The notes beneath the pieces are model-generated. The model saw only the letters and a program-made list of their open reading frames with translations. It was not told the DNA's origin and did not search any database. Of a DNA stretch of 64,000 nucleotides, positions 33,342-46,259 are shown piece after piece. The DNA lies in the NCBI GenBank assembly GCA_973895155.1, contig OZ316897.1, positions 14,569,375-14,633,374 on the forward strand, in the 5' to 3' direction. This stretch comes from Marsupella aquatica. Lineage: Eukaryota > Plantae > Marchantiophyta. Every line of letters starts with the position of its first letter. The stretch's first letter is position 1. Position numbers and translations under genes: made by a program.

Positions 33342-35910
33342 AGGTTCACTCTTTAGAAGACACACTGAGAGAGTGAGAGGAGGAGCTCTAGCACGTTGGC
33401 TATGGCGGATGTAATCGGTGTGTATTATTGGATGTACTTTCAATGTAAGAGTCTATGGATGTTGTTCACATGCATTGACGTTGTCTCGTTCGGTCTAGAT
33501 CATATCCCAACAACATGGACAATGCCTAATGATGCATTGTAACTTAGTTATATATCCATGAGCCCTATGCCAGTGCAAAAGCACTGTGCAAGGAGGGCAG
33601 GCCCATAGGGATTGGTCGGGGCATTACGGGGCAGCGGGAAACAAATATGTGATAGGGGTGTACATTTCTTTAATCAATGATTAGCAAAAATAGCTAATCA
33701 AATCCAACGGCTATGGAGCTTTCCTGCCCAGGAGCTTTTTTGTATGGGGATGAAGGACGAAAAAAGGCGGGATCCCTCATTATAGTTGTAGATTGGTCAA
33801 ATCTTTACAATGTTTATGGTTTATACACTGATATGTGTCACCTAATGGAGAGAACTTCCAAACTAGATTCTAAAAGTAGAATACAAAATTAGTGTATTCT
33901 CTTTCAATCACAAATACTATACCCTTAAGGTGCATTGATTTATATATACATTTAATGACTCATCTGTCATCCAAAACGTACAGAAGCTCTCCTCACTTTG
34001 AAGCCGGTTGTAAAGGTGCACAATTTTTATTTCTTTGACTTTTTTAGAATCATTGGTTCAATACATTTGAATAGGATGGGATAGCTTTTATTTCATATAT
34101 AAAGTAACCAGTTACTCTTATCACTACTCTAAATAGGGTATAATGGAATTTATTTAGTAATAAGTTAAAACAGCATGTCTTAGAACGGGGTAGCTTGTAT
34201 CACTAGATGTTTTTGGTGCCACTATATGGCGGGACACACTTTGTATATGGCGGGGCTCACTTTGATTGTCTTGTCTTATAGAATTATTTGTTACATATTT
34301 TAATGTCAATTTGGTCTACTGTATGCTTTTTGTTTGTATTTTGCTGAATTGAGTAGTTCCTTCCAACACCTTAAATTCTTAATTTCAAGTCCTCAGTTTT
34401 AACTAGACATGTTAAAACTTTTAATTCTTTTAATTATGATACCTTATCATATTCGTGTAGTTTTATTATTTATTTATGCTATAGGCACTCCTCCATTTCA
34501 TGAGAATTCATTGCAAAGGTATTACTCTCCCAACTCAACCAGGCAACTAGAGACAACTATGAATCCAAGGATGCCTTGTAGCTTATATGTCTGTTGTTTA
34601 AAAAAATTCCAATTCTTAAGGTTTATAGGTCAATAGGGGTCACCTAAACAGATGGCCCCCAAATTTTAGAAAGGTACAAAATTAGTTTACTTGGCTTGGA
34701 TCACAAAATACTAGCTACCACAAAATACTTGTATCTACAAGGTACACTGACTTGTACTTGTGTTTCAGCTATAGAGAGTCTTGTACATTCAATTTATTAA
34801 TGTACTTGTGTTTTCACCTATAGAGATTACCGTACATCTCTTCACTTTTATTATATGTGTTTTTCCCTTTTACTGTTTTATAATTATTGTTTCAATATTC
34901 TTGAATAGGATATGCTTATGTTTCATAAACTAAAATTTATCGTGAATAAGTTAAAATAAGTGTGTCTTAGAAGGGGCTAGCTTTATCACCAGTGCCAACT
35001 ATCCACAGTCCATCAACTGGTGCGAAATATCCACAGTTGCTCAAGCAATACAACTAGTTCGCCCACCAATCTACAACAAACATATCTGTTAGCGGAGACA
35101 TATTACAACTTGGAATACTTGTCTATCAGAATCAGGTTCTTGGATTGGTATCTAGCAGATAATCAAATTCAAAAAAGCAAGGCATCTTACTCATCCTATC
35201 AAACATTGGCATGAGGGTGCAGCAAAATTCAGTCCCTTTAGGAGGCCCACCAAATTCTCCCAGACTTTTAGGGTCTGGTAAAATGTTTTCAATTGGGGTC
35301 ACACCAAGCAAATTTCTTGAAAGAGTCTGGTCAAACAAGCAACTGGCTTTGGTCAGTTTGGCCAGGGGATTATTAGCCTAAAACTGATAGGTCCCAGTTT
35401 CAATCTCTCCTCCACAGGGGTGTGGAAAGTATGTGTGTGAGTATGTGTGTGTTTGTGTGGGTAGGGTGTGATGGTGAAATTACCGGTTCCTCCTCCAGAT
35501 GTCACTAGCTGGATGCTATGTGGTCCTAGTCAAACCCTATCTCCTTCCTCATATGGGTCCTTCTCTGATCTCTATGTATAGGCCCCCCTTGTGGGATACA
35601 TGCATTGGTGCACTACTCCAAAGTAGAACAATTATCTTCAACTGGATAGGTTACTCTAGGCTTGTCAAGGCCAACGAAAAAAGAGTCCGGTCAAACGTTG
35701 AAGAGTCTCCACGACTTGTGAATCAGCACTGAAGATTCTGAGAAGCTGGCGCCCAACCCACCTACAAAAGAAGTTTATGACACAGGCCAGTGAGTCTTGC
35801 TCACGCATTTCTCCTTTCCCAACACTCCACTGGAAGAGTCGAAGTCATTTTCGCCTCGCCATTCGATCAGAAGTTCGCGTTGCCATTCTGCAGTGAACGA
35901 CTCAAGAATC

Positions 35911-38305
35911 ATGTCACAAGAATGGTGCATAGTGATTGAACAACTGAGAGGGAGGAGCAGTCGTGCTCTTGCACTTTTTTGGCAGGTCAGGTTTCTTCTC
36001 ATCGTCGCGGTTACGTTCCAGCTGCCTGTGGTACTTGGACAGCAGGCTCACCCTGCCATCTTTGCATATGGCATATTTCCTACGTGGCCGCCCCTCGACG
36101 TACCAAATGCAAATGTCAGTGAAATTGAGTACCATGACATTGGGTGTCTTGGAAGCTTTCGATATGGGAGTACTAATCAGACTCTCGAGTTGAGCACTGG
36201 TACTGGCCTTAATGGCACCCATGTAACTGAGGGGAGTTGTCTCTACACTACCCCTGTTCAGCTTATCCAGCCGTGTTCTAACCCCCCCAAATTCACGTCT
36301 TTCAGCACCATGTTTCAATTGATGTTAGCTAGCTATCCTGGAGCTGATCGTACCGGTCACGCAAACTTTCAAGGACTGAATTTCACCTTCGCCAGAGGTA
36401 GGACTGTCGACACGAGGGTTAGTGTATTTAATGTCAAGATAGATTATTTCCAAGATTCTGAGAACTCAACAGTTACAATGACCGTCGACGAATCTGTTAA
36501 TATCGCAAATACAACGATTATTTCGATATCTGCAGTTATGTCTTTACTTAGTTTCGTTGTGTGGATAGAATACGACATTTTAACTCTTAAACTCACTGTG
36601 TTTGTTTCGGATCCTTTAGCGCTTTATGGCTATAGCTTAAAGTCACTCCGTTATGCTCCGTTTGATTCACTCGGTGCTGCTCTGTTCCTGGACTATCGCA
36701 AGAATTCTATACCCGTCGCTTCGGACACCTTTAAGAATCTCGCAGGGGCAATCGACGACAGCATGTACGTCGGATTCTCAGGATCCATCTCAAACTTTCA
36801 ACCCACTAAGTCATACGACGCTATTTATGCATATGCAATTCTACAGTGGACGTTCAACTCGAATGGACCACCTCCAGACGTTCGGAGAAATCCCGACGGA
36901 ACGTCGGACGGAACGCCGACAGACCCGGTAGCTGAAGCAATAAAGAAGCAACGACAGAGGATCTTTACAATATTGGTCAGCACAATAACCACAATTCCTT
37001 CTGTACTAATGTTCGCCGTCCTCGCGTTCATCATCATCAGATTGTACAGGCGAAACGCTCGCTTGACTGCTCTTGCTAAGAAGTATGACATCGACATGGG
37101 TCCAATCCTGGATCGAGGGCCCCAAGATTTCAAGTACAGAGCCCTAAGTACAGTCACCAAGGGATTCAGCTCCGACCAATTACTGGGGACCGGTATCGGT
37201 TTACAGGGGAAGCATAGTGCTCAAGGGACATAGAAAGCCAACAGAAATAGCTGTGAAACGAATATCTGCCACCTCAGACCAAGGGGCGTCAGAGTTTCTG
37301 GCCGAGGTGAAGATCATCGGTCAAGTCCAACACCGCAACCTTGTTCGCTTGTTGGGTTGGTGCCACGACAGAGGTGAGCTCTTGCTCGTATACGATTTCA
37401 TGCCTAACGGAAGTGTGGACCAACATCTCTACAAAAATACTCCGGGCGAGCCTGTCCTGACGTGGTCCAGAAGGTTGAAGATTATGAGCGGAGTTGCTGC
37501 GGCCCTCGCCTTTTTACACGACGAATGGGAGCAACGAGTAATTCATAGAGATGTGAAGTCATCCAACGTCATGCTTGACACTGATTTTAATTCAAGATTA
37601 GGAGACTTTGGTTTAGCGAGGTTATCTGAACACGACGAAGATGTGCGCGTTACTGGAGTTGCAGGTACTCGTGGATATTTGGCCCCAGAACTCTGTGTTA
37701 CATTTCAACCCACGGACAAAACTGATGTGTACAGTTTCGGAGCCATGGCGCTAGAGGTGGCCACAGGCAAGAAGCCCTTGTTGTCGAGAGTTGATCAGGA
37801 ATCCCTGAAAGGGATGTTCCTCGTCGATTGGGTGTGGAGTCTTTACAGAGACGAATCCCTTCTTGATGCAGCCGATAGTAGACTCCATAACGCCTACGAT
37901 CCGGGCGAGATGACCACGTTTTTGAAGATTGGGCTCTTGTGCTGCCATCCCAACCCCGATGAGAGACCCAATATGAGAGAGGTAATCAATATCTGGAAAG
38001 GATCGAGACCATTTCCACCGTTGCCACGCTCGAAACCTGTCCCAGTTTTCCAATTTAACGGTGATCATCATAATTCTGAGAGTGCGTTGTTATTTGCGGA
38101 TAGTCTAAGGCAGGCAGACCGATCTGAGACTCAAACCGCGGCATGGGGTTCGGATCGCCCCAGTCCGGGCCATAGTGTGCTCGCAATTCCTTCAATTATC
38201 GACCACGATTCTTTGGCAATGGAGATACCCGAAGAGCGGAAAGCCGATACTCCAGATTCCACTTTGCGGTACAGGCGCACTACTACATCACGGCTCCCCT
38301 TTTAA
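35911..38305 (+). pseudogene. L-type lectin receptor-like kinase, frameshifted at the kinase Gly-rich loop (~37195)
   Basis: Signal peptide, legume-lectin motifs (VWIEYD, MYVGFSGS, ILQWTF), TM segment, GPQDFKY; kinase IAVKRI, HRDVKSSN, DFG, GTRGYLAPE. LGTG joins SVYRG out of frame. Confidence 0.9.
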
Positions 38306-39949
38306 TTCTACGGAAGATCGTTGTTCATGAATGTGCAAGTGAAACTTTAGAGAGGGGCAATCCCGTCTGGACCTGTGTCCAATTCAAAGATGGAGTTACC
38401 AATCTTTGCCTCGTTTTTCAAATCCACTTTGTCAGCCTGGAAACGCTGGATTCATTCACACAACCAGAATCATTGGCCGCAAAACACAAAGAGGATTTCA
38501 CGTTCAGTGGTTCGAAGACTAGTCGAACCACACAAAGTGTACGACTTCGCTTTGGAATGCGAAGTGGTGATGCACATATGCATACTTGTCAACTTCTCAT
38601 TTCTTCTCTTTTCCAGCTTGTTAGAATCTGTGTACACTGCAGGCTGCAAAACTTCTCATAGTGCAGTACCCCGACAATCATTTCTGGCTTTTCGTTCATG
38701 AGCTTTCGAGGAGGATCACAAGCTTTCCGAGGAGTTCCAAATGAGAGGAGTTGATTTCCCATTGCCCTGTTAGGGATGGTGTGCACTCACATCAAACCTG
38801 AATAGTTTCCCACTCTCCACCTCAATTGGTTTTGGTAATGCTATCTTACTAGTAAATGGCAAACAATGGCAAACAAAAGCTATAGTTGGGCAGGGCCTAG
38901 GTTTCCAGAGTGAAGCCTGGGACTCTAGGGCCAACCAAAATTTGCAAATGGAAAGAAAGATGAGTCATCATTCCTATAACATTCAAACAATGTGCATTCA
39001 GGCTAGTTTGTGTAATTATTGTCCACCCCATACTATTGATGTAAATTACAATTACCAATGTTAACTGTAATTGGCCAATGTCCCGCCAAAATTGGAACAC
39101 ATGCCTGAGTCTTACTGCTATAATACCCTATCCTGCCAAAATTACTGCGACTCAGTATTTATTAAATGGTGGGGCTATGCTATAAAACCCTACCCCGCCA
39201 AAATTGGTGGGTCATCTGTTTACAAAACCACTTTTGGAGTGACCATTCCATGACCATGGGATTTATAAATTCTTTTATCCTAGGCAGCCTTTCATTAGTC
39301 AAAAAGCAATTTCCCTAACCTAATGCAAACAAGACAAACTATTTTGGTACTATGTAAGAGGGGCATGATGACATACGTCGGTATGTAGATGCCATGTGTT
39401 GCCATTGGGATGGGGGCACTTGGGAACACGGGACATGACTAGGAGCCATAAAGTTCAAAGTGGGGAGTGGAATTAATAATGCACCCATGGGTGAAGGGAT
39501 AACTAGTATCATACACTCCCATAAGTACAAGATAAGGAATGAGAAAAGGAAGGTGAAAATGAAAAAAAAAAAAATAGGTAATAAGAGGGGGGAAAAGGAG
39601 AAAGGGGACACCCTTGCCTTTCATCATTTGGGTTTTTTTTAGGGGGGGGGGGGGGGGGGGGGGTGGTCAGGGTCGGGGGAGAAGGGAGAGGCAGCCCATG
39701 CCAAGAGAAATGGGGAGAGGAGGAGACGTCACTCTCCACCTAGGGTTGTGTGAATGTGCCTGCCTTTGTTATCATCTATCTCACACTCTCCGTTATCACT
39801 TTTGCAACAAATGATATCTTTTTGATATTGAATATTTTATGCAATGACATCTTTTTTGCAATGTACAGGTATTAAACACAACCACAACAACTACATGGTC
39901 AGGATCACACATAACATGTCTCAATGAACTACATTGCAAAATCTATATG

Positions 39950-40450
39950 TTTTTTTTGCCTCGCTTGGACATCTTTTATCATCTTGCCAATTTTTTCTCA
40001 CATTGATATCTTTATCTCATCACGACATCTTTTCTCTCCTCAACATCTTTTCCTAACCTCAAGATAGCTTTCTTGCCTTGACATCTTTTAATCAATTTGA
40101 CTTCTTTTCTCCCCTCCATATCTTTTCCCATCTCGACTAACTTCTTTTCCACTCCTCAACATCATTCTCTCCTTGACATTCTCACCTCTACATTTATCTT
40201 TTTCTCATCCCACCATCTTTTTCTCATCTTGACATCTTTTTTTACATCTTGCCATCTTTTTCTCACCTTGACATCTTTATCTCGTCTCGACATCCCTTTC
40301 TCTCCTCAACATCTTTTCCTCACCTTAATATATTTTTCTCATCTTGTCACTATTTCTCTCCTGAGCAAAAGTTTTTGTCACCTCAATTTCTTTTCCTAAC
40401 CTCGACATAGTTTTTCACTTCAAGATCTTTTCCTCACCTTGACATCTTTT
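39950..40450. repeat. Degenerate pyrimidine-rich ~20-bp tandem array
   Basis: Recurrent TTGACATCTTTTTCTCACC-like unit. Confidence 0.75.
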
Positions 40451-40804
40451 GTGCAATGCACACGCATGGGGCTAATATTTCATATTAACACAATGAAAAT
40501 TAATCTAATAAGACTTACCCCTCTACATTCCATGATAAAAGACTCAACCAAAATGTTCAAAAATTAAAAATCACTGTCACTTTGATAAAGTGTAGCTTAT
40601 TTACTCCTCTAGCACATCTGGAAAATATGCAAAACAAACAAATATTTGAGTTTATGAACATCCACTAGGCCACTACTTAATTTCTTGTCCAAAACAACAC
40701 AAATATCTTCAAACTGGATTCAATGTGAAAAAAGTGAATAATTTTGTACTGAATTGAAGCAGGGAGTTCGCCCCATAAGAATCATACTCTCCATAAAGCG
40801 TAAA

Positions 40805-41318
40805 AGCCATATGGCCAAAGAGTTGCCCATATGGCCAAAGGGTTTCCGTTCGAGTGGTAAGTTTTCTATACTTAGCCAGGTTGCCCATACGGCCAAAGGG
40901 TCGTCATTGGAGTGATAAGTTTTCTATACTTAGCCAGGTTTCTATACTTAGCCAGGTTGCCCATATGGCCAAAGGGTCGCCGTTGGAGTGATAAGTTTTC
41001 TATACTTAGCCAGGTTGCCCATACGGCCAAAGGGTCGCTGTTGGAGTGATAAGTTTTCTATACTTAGCCAGGTTCCTCCGACTGATTGTTTGGACTTAGT
41101 GGAATTTCCTTTACAATTGAGCTCAAATTTTGGGAACTGTGGTACATGGAAGCTTTCGAAACCCATCGTTGTGGTCCATGGTTTTCTCACGAAGAGAACA
41201 GAAGGGACGAGGCGACGACGAAAGGAGGAAAGCGCAAGAGAGAGAGAAGAGCGAGAGGACGAGCAAGAGATTGTAAGGTGGGCTCGAGGTCGTAGGGCAG
41301 ATCGGGAAACACCGTGGT
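40805..41318 (+). repeat. ~58-bp tandem array plus duplicate of 42078-42448
   Basis: GTTGCCCATAYGGCCAAAGGGTCG..GGAGTGATAAGTTTTCTATACTTAGCCAG about 4 times, continuing into a copy of the B12D upstream region. Confidence 0.85.
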
Positions 41319-41320
41319 GA

Positions 41321-41374
41321 CCCTATACTTCATCGCACGTGATGTGCCATTTTTGTGGAAGTGAAACCCCCGAG
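41321..41374 (-). mobile_element. Isolated terminus of the CTC-RGGGG transposon family
   Basis: Read inward CTCGGGGGTTTCACTTCCACAAAAATGGCACATCACGTGCGATGAAGTATAGGG; ungapped match to the 54834 end. Confidence 0.8.
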
Positions 41375-42514
41375 CGTACAGTTCGGAAGAAGACTCTGGA
41401 TGCAGAAGAGAAACCAGGTTTCCAAGAGACATGTTAAGCACGCGACCTGGCGTACACAAGGGATTTGCTATGTGAACTCTAGAGACAATCTCTTTTGCCT
41501 TCTTTTGTGCCAATCGAGATTTTCCTTTCCACACTCCGTGGTTGTGGAACCCCATGTGAACAGGCAATCGAGACATGATATGCTTTGCTACATTTGCTTC
41601 TAGAGACAGTTTAGGATAGACATACAAAAGTCTAGCCGGACATTCTCGGATGCAGAAAGGTCTCTCCTCAAAAAATCCACACACCAACCCTCCCTCCTCC
41701 CTCACCAAGACGGAAAGGTTTTGTGAAGAGTCCCTTTCCTCGGAAAGGAGAGTCATTTGTGGAACCAGTGTGCTTCAGCTTCCTACATACCAGATTTTGA
41801 CATTCCAAGACACCTGCTCACCTTACTATTGACACGGATCAGTGCTTGCGGGGTTTGAGATTTGCTGAAGTTGTGACGAGTCTTGTCCATGGGTAGCCAT
41901 CATTATCCCTATCCATGTCCTGGAGTCCCTATCCTCGACAAAATTGACCTTTGACTAGAGGGAGCTCAAAAACTTAGTTTCCACTGTATGAAGTGGGCAA
42001 ACTTTGGACTTGGATCTCCTTCCAATAGTTTCCACCTCGAAAATTTGCCAACTCACTTGACCCTGAAATACTGAGTGGCCGTTGGAGTGGTAAGTTTTCT
42101 CTCCTTAGCCAGGTTCCTCCGACTGATTGTTTGGAATTAGTGCAATTACAATTACAACTGAGCTCAAATTTTGGGAAATGTGGTCCATGGAAGTTTTCAA
42201 AAACCATCGTTGTGGTCCATGGGAGCATTGTTTTCTCACGAAGAGAACAGAAGAGAAGAGAAGAGACGAGACGACGACGAAAGGAGGAAAGCGCAAAGAG
42301 AAGAGAAGAGAAGAGAAGAGAAGTGAAGAAAGAAAGCACGGAAGCGAAAGAGAGAGGAGATCTCAGAGATGACACACTTGGCTGTCAAGGGAAAGAGATT
42401 GTAAGGTGGGCTCGAGGTCGTAGGCCAGATCGGGAAACACCGTGGTGACGGAGCGCGCGTGTGGCAGCATCAGAAGGAGCAGAAACGTCGGTCGGTCCGT
42501 CGACAGGTTCCGCT

Positions 42515-43493
42515 ATGGGAAAGGCGTTCAAATGGATCCAGCCTGAGGTCAGTCCGCACCTGAATGATATCTCTCCCTCTCCCTCTCTCTCTATTTCTGT
42601 CTTCCTCTCGTCCTTTGTTTCCCCATTCTGTGGTTCTGATTTCTGGACTTTTTCTTTCACTTTAGTATGGTCTTTCTATCGACAGAGATGACACCATTTT
42701 CATTCCCTGCTTGCCCACGGTGGCGCACGTTCTTTCGAGTTCCCCGTTCGATGTTAGGGTTTGTCAAACGCCTCCGGCCTGGGTGATTCCATACTTCGAT
42801 GGTCTCTCCAGCTTTCGCTTGCTCTCTTCCTCTCGTTGGTTGTTACTTCACTGTGGTTCTACTTTCGGGTCTCTCCATTTCCGTTTCGTATGGCCGTTGG
42901 ATCGACAGAGATGAGGACTCACAGGATCAATTTTAATATCCTTGTACCCGTGGTTGCGCACGTTCTTTCGAGGTTCCCTCTTCGATATTAGGGTTTGGTC
43001 AAATGCATACTGCCCGAGGTCAGTCCACAGTTGGATGGTCACTCCCACTATCTCTTGCTCTCTTCCTCTCGTCCGTTGTTACTTCACTGCGGTTCCACTT
43101 TCTGGTCTTCCCGTTTGATACACCCTTTCGCTTGACAGAGATGCAATGAGTCCTAGAATTGTCAATCAAATAATTATCTCGGGAAAATGGGAATGATTAT
43201 ATTGAGGAGAATACATCGACTGTATACGTCTCACGAATGTAGATGTGTTGCCTGCAACACAGACTCAGGGAAACTTGAAAGTATCCAATGAGGAAGACTA
43301 CTAACTAAATCCCTTCTTGCGAGAATAGAATCTATCGTTTCGTTCCCTTCTAGAGGTGGAGATTCGGGCAAACTTAAGACGTCCCTGTTTGTTTCGATGA
43401 TGCAGATTTATCCTCTGTTCTTGGCTTTAGGTACGGCAATTGGTTTGTGTGGCTTTCGATAACTAGCAACCTTGCCATCAATCCTTATGTCAG
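42515..43493 (+). pseudogene. B12D: B12D / NDUFA4-like small mitochondrial protein gene, exons 1-2; 1-bp deletion in exon 2; exon 3 uncertain (~43824 onward)
   Basis: Exon 1 (42515-42547) MGKAFKWIQPE|GT; exon 2 (43406-43493) IYPLFLALGTAIGLCGF-[fs]-ITSNLAINPYVR|GT; matches the family pattern W+xPE+YPLF..G.CGF..N..INP.VR. Confidence 0.75.
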
Positions 43494-44687
43494 GTATACC
43501 CTATCTGGTTCATGCTGATTGTCCATCTCTGTTGGAAACTAATTGGGCGTTTCGTTGCTCGGTTGTGTGGAGTGCAATTTTTTTGTTTCTCTTTCTGAGT
43601 ATCTGAAAACTGTCAGATATAGTTCACTAGGGATATATAGATAAAAACCTCTGGGCGATTGATAAGGCCGAATAATTAGCCTAGGTGGGCCTTCAGCCGT
43701 GCGATCGGTCGGTGCCCTCAAGATCGGCGGTGGGGGATGCGGATGTGATCTTAACTGAGTTGTTCCCGCATAAACAAACGAATAATATATGCCCACTAGG
43801 AATTGCCTTTTTCACGCGAACAGAGATTGACCAAAACGCTCCGTGCAGGAATTGAAGTTCAGGAAAGATTGAAGGTTGACGATTTCCACGGGCCGAGAGT
43901 ACATGCTAGTGGAGTCATGTCGAGAGTGGAGCGTCACGTTTGAAAGCAAAAGGTGGGCAGGCTGGCTGAGGCATAATTATCTTTCTCGTTTGCCCGTTCT
44001 CTTGATCTTCTCTGTTTTCCGCTGCTGTTGCTTTGTGAATCAGCTTCAAGAATGCCTGGGCTGCCCTAGAACAGAGATTTGGTCCCACTCTTTGTGCATT
44101 AGGATTAAGCCACTGGCAGAGAGTTCTGAAGATTAACAGCAGGCACAGACAATTCTGTCGTCTGGTAAGGCATTCTCTCTAAAAGCTTTGGCAATAGAGT
44201 GCACAGATCGAGGAATAGCGTCACAGCTAAGTCTGGTTGCATACAAGAAACGTTCAAGGATGGTGACTCGGATACCAACCTCGGGGTTCTGGTCCTCCAC
44301 ATTGTTCGTTACTGATAGGGGATTGATAGGTCAAGGCGTTTAGAAGCAGAGGAGTTACTGCTGTATTATGTAGGTTTTTGTAGAGGTTTGAAGATGACAA
44401 AGTATCTTGTATGTATCCGGAAAAGGTTAGGTCAAGAGGTTGTGTAGTACCCTGCCATGGGGCTTTCCCTCTTCTTCACACTTTGCCACCATGAATGCTC
44501 TCTTTGAACTCTCTCTTAAGAGAGAGGTATTTGACGTGACAGTCGATAGGTGTCCAAATAGTCTATGACTTCGTCGGAGAGACTCATGGAAACGGCTTTG
44601 TCACCCACTGTGCAGAAGTTCAATCACGGGATTTGCTCGACTCCTGTTCCCTGACGAAGAGGTGGACGAGAGGAAGAGTAGGTCAAG

Positions 44688-46259
44688 ATGAGGCAGCTCA
44701 AGTTTCACGAGAAGAAACTGCTGAAAAAGGTTAATTTTCTCGAATGGAAAAGAGATCATGGCTTGCGAGAAGTTAAGGTTATGCGGCGGTACCAGATTGT
44801 AGAACGTGATGACTACCACAAGTGAGTATGGCGACGCGGGTTCTTTTGGCTTATGGATTCGGCGCGTTGAGTAAATGCGTGGATTTTATTACTGTAATCG
44901 TCTCGCACTTGAAGCTAGTTGGGGTTGCAAATCACTGATATCTCGATAATGGATGCTGCAGGTATAATAAAATGTGCGGCATGGTTACCAGACTTGTGAA
45001 TATAATAAAAAAGCTGGATCCCAAGGACCCGTTCCGCATAGAGATGACTGAACATCTTCTTGACAAAGTGTATGTGCGCCCAAACCCCTGGACTTTAGAT
45101 TATTTTCTGTAGTTTCCTCCAATTGTTTGACGCACTGTGGTTTCACATGAAGATGTTTGTTCTTTCAATTTTCTGGATGCACTGTGTCCCTTCCACAGAA
45201 ATGTGTGGTTGTTAGGATGGATGTCTTAGTTCTTTTCTTCTTTACAATTTTCCGAATGTGCTGTATTTGCTGTATTCCTGTTACCGAACTTTGTGATTGA
45301 GGGTGAATATTTTTCGCCTCCATAATTGTACCGTGGATGTGCGGTATTCCTGTCAACGAAGTTTTTCATTGAAAGGACGAGCTTGATTTTGGTTTAGATC
45401 GGTTCGGATCCGTCCGTTCTGGACTGTCTCAGTTGACATGTTGGCTGTGACTTTCTTCTGGTTTGTGAGGTTCGACTTTCCCATTGAAAGATGTCACAAA
45501 ATGAGCTAAAGATCCTCCGTCCATTCAATTTGTTCACATCTTGAGATTTCTGGTGGTACAGGTATAACATGGGTGTCGTACCAACTAAGAAAGGTCTTTC
45601 TGTCTGCAAAAAGTTGTCAGTGTCTTCTTTCTGCCGGTACGTGACTTCTTGCATTTTTCTGCGTGTGTCTATCGTCTGTGTATGAATGATTGATCACCAC
45701 AATTGGATGAGTTAGGATTACACTAAGTTGTAACATTTGGAGGAGTGTCTACAATTTCTGTTTGTTTGGTGTTCAAGTTGTTGTCAAGCTTGAACTCCAG
45801 CTGTTAGCACTTGTATTGAATTCAAAGTAATACTCTCTTTGTACTGCAGAAGAAGGCTGGCAGTTGTTATGGTACGGCTCAAGTTTGCCGAGAATCTGAA
45901 AGAAGCCGCAACTTTTGTTGAACAAGGACGTATCCTCATCAATGAACATGATGCTCATTGACACTCTCTCTTCTCTTTCCATTTACATTGCACCATAGGA
46001 AGTCCACATCATGCGGTGAAATTTGGATGTATGTCTATTGGAATGAAAGATATGTTTTTATGATCAGTGTTGTTTTCTTTGGAAGACCTTGACTCTTATT
46101 TCCACAGACATTCGCGTGGGTCCTGATACGGTCACCGATCCAGCTTTCCTGGTAACGCGGAATATGGAGGATTTTGTGACTTGGGTGGACACCTCCAAGA
46201 TTAAGAGGAAAGTGCTTGAGTATAATGATAAGTTGGACGATTTTGATCTACTCAATTAA
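44688..46259 (+). CDS. IMP3: U3 snoRNP protein IMP3, 5 exons (44688-44821, 44962-45069, 45562-45636, 45850-45929, 46108-46259), 182 aa
   Basis: [21 protein letters not shown]...[46 protein letters not shown]; GT-AG introns; exons total 549 nt in frame. Confidence 0.96.

Noticed and set aside
39345-39385. Possible partner end for the 41374 terminus
   Set aside because: Only about 19/33 matches; lacks the CTC-RGGGG start and the expected CGTACAGT TSD.
39642-39663. Poly-G run (also ~21333)
   Set aside because: Simple homopolymer; no evidence of function.
41187-41756. 189-aa minus-strand ORF
   Set aside because: Runs across a TIR and a duplicated segment; no recognisable domain.
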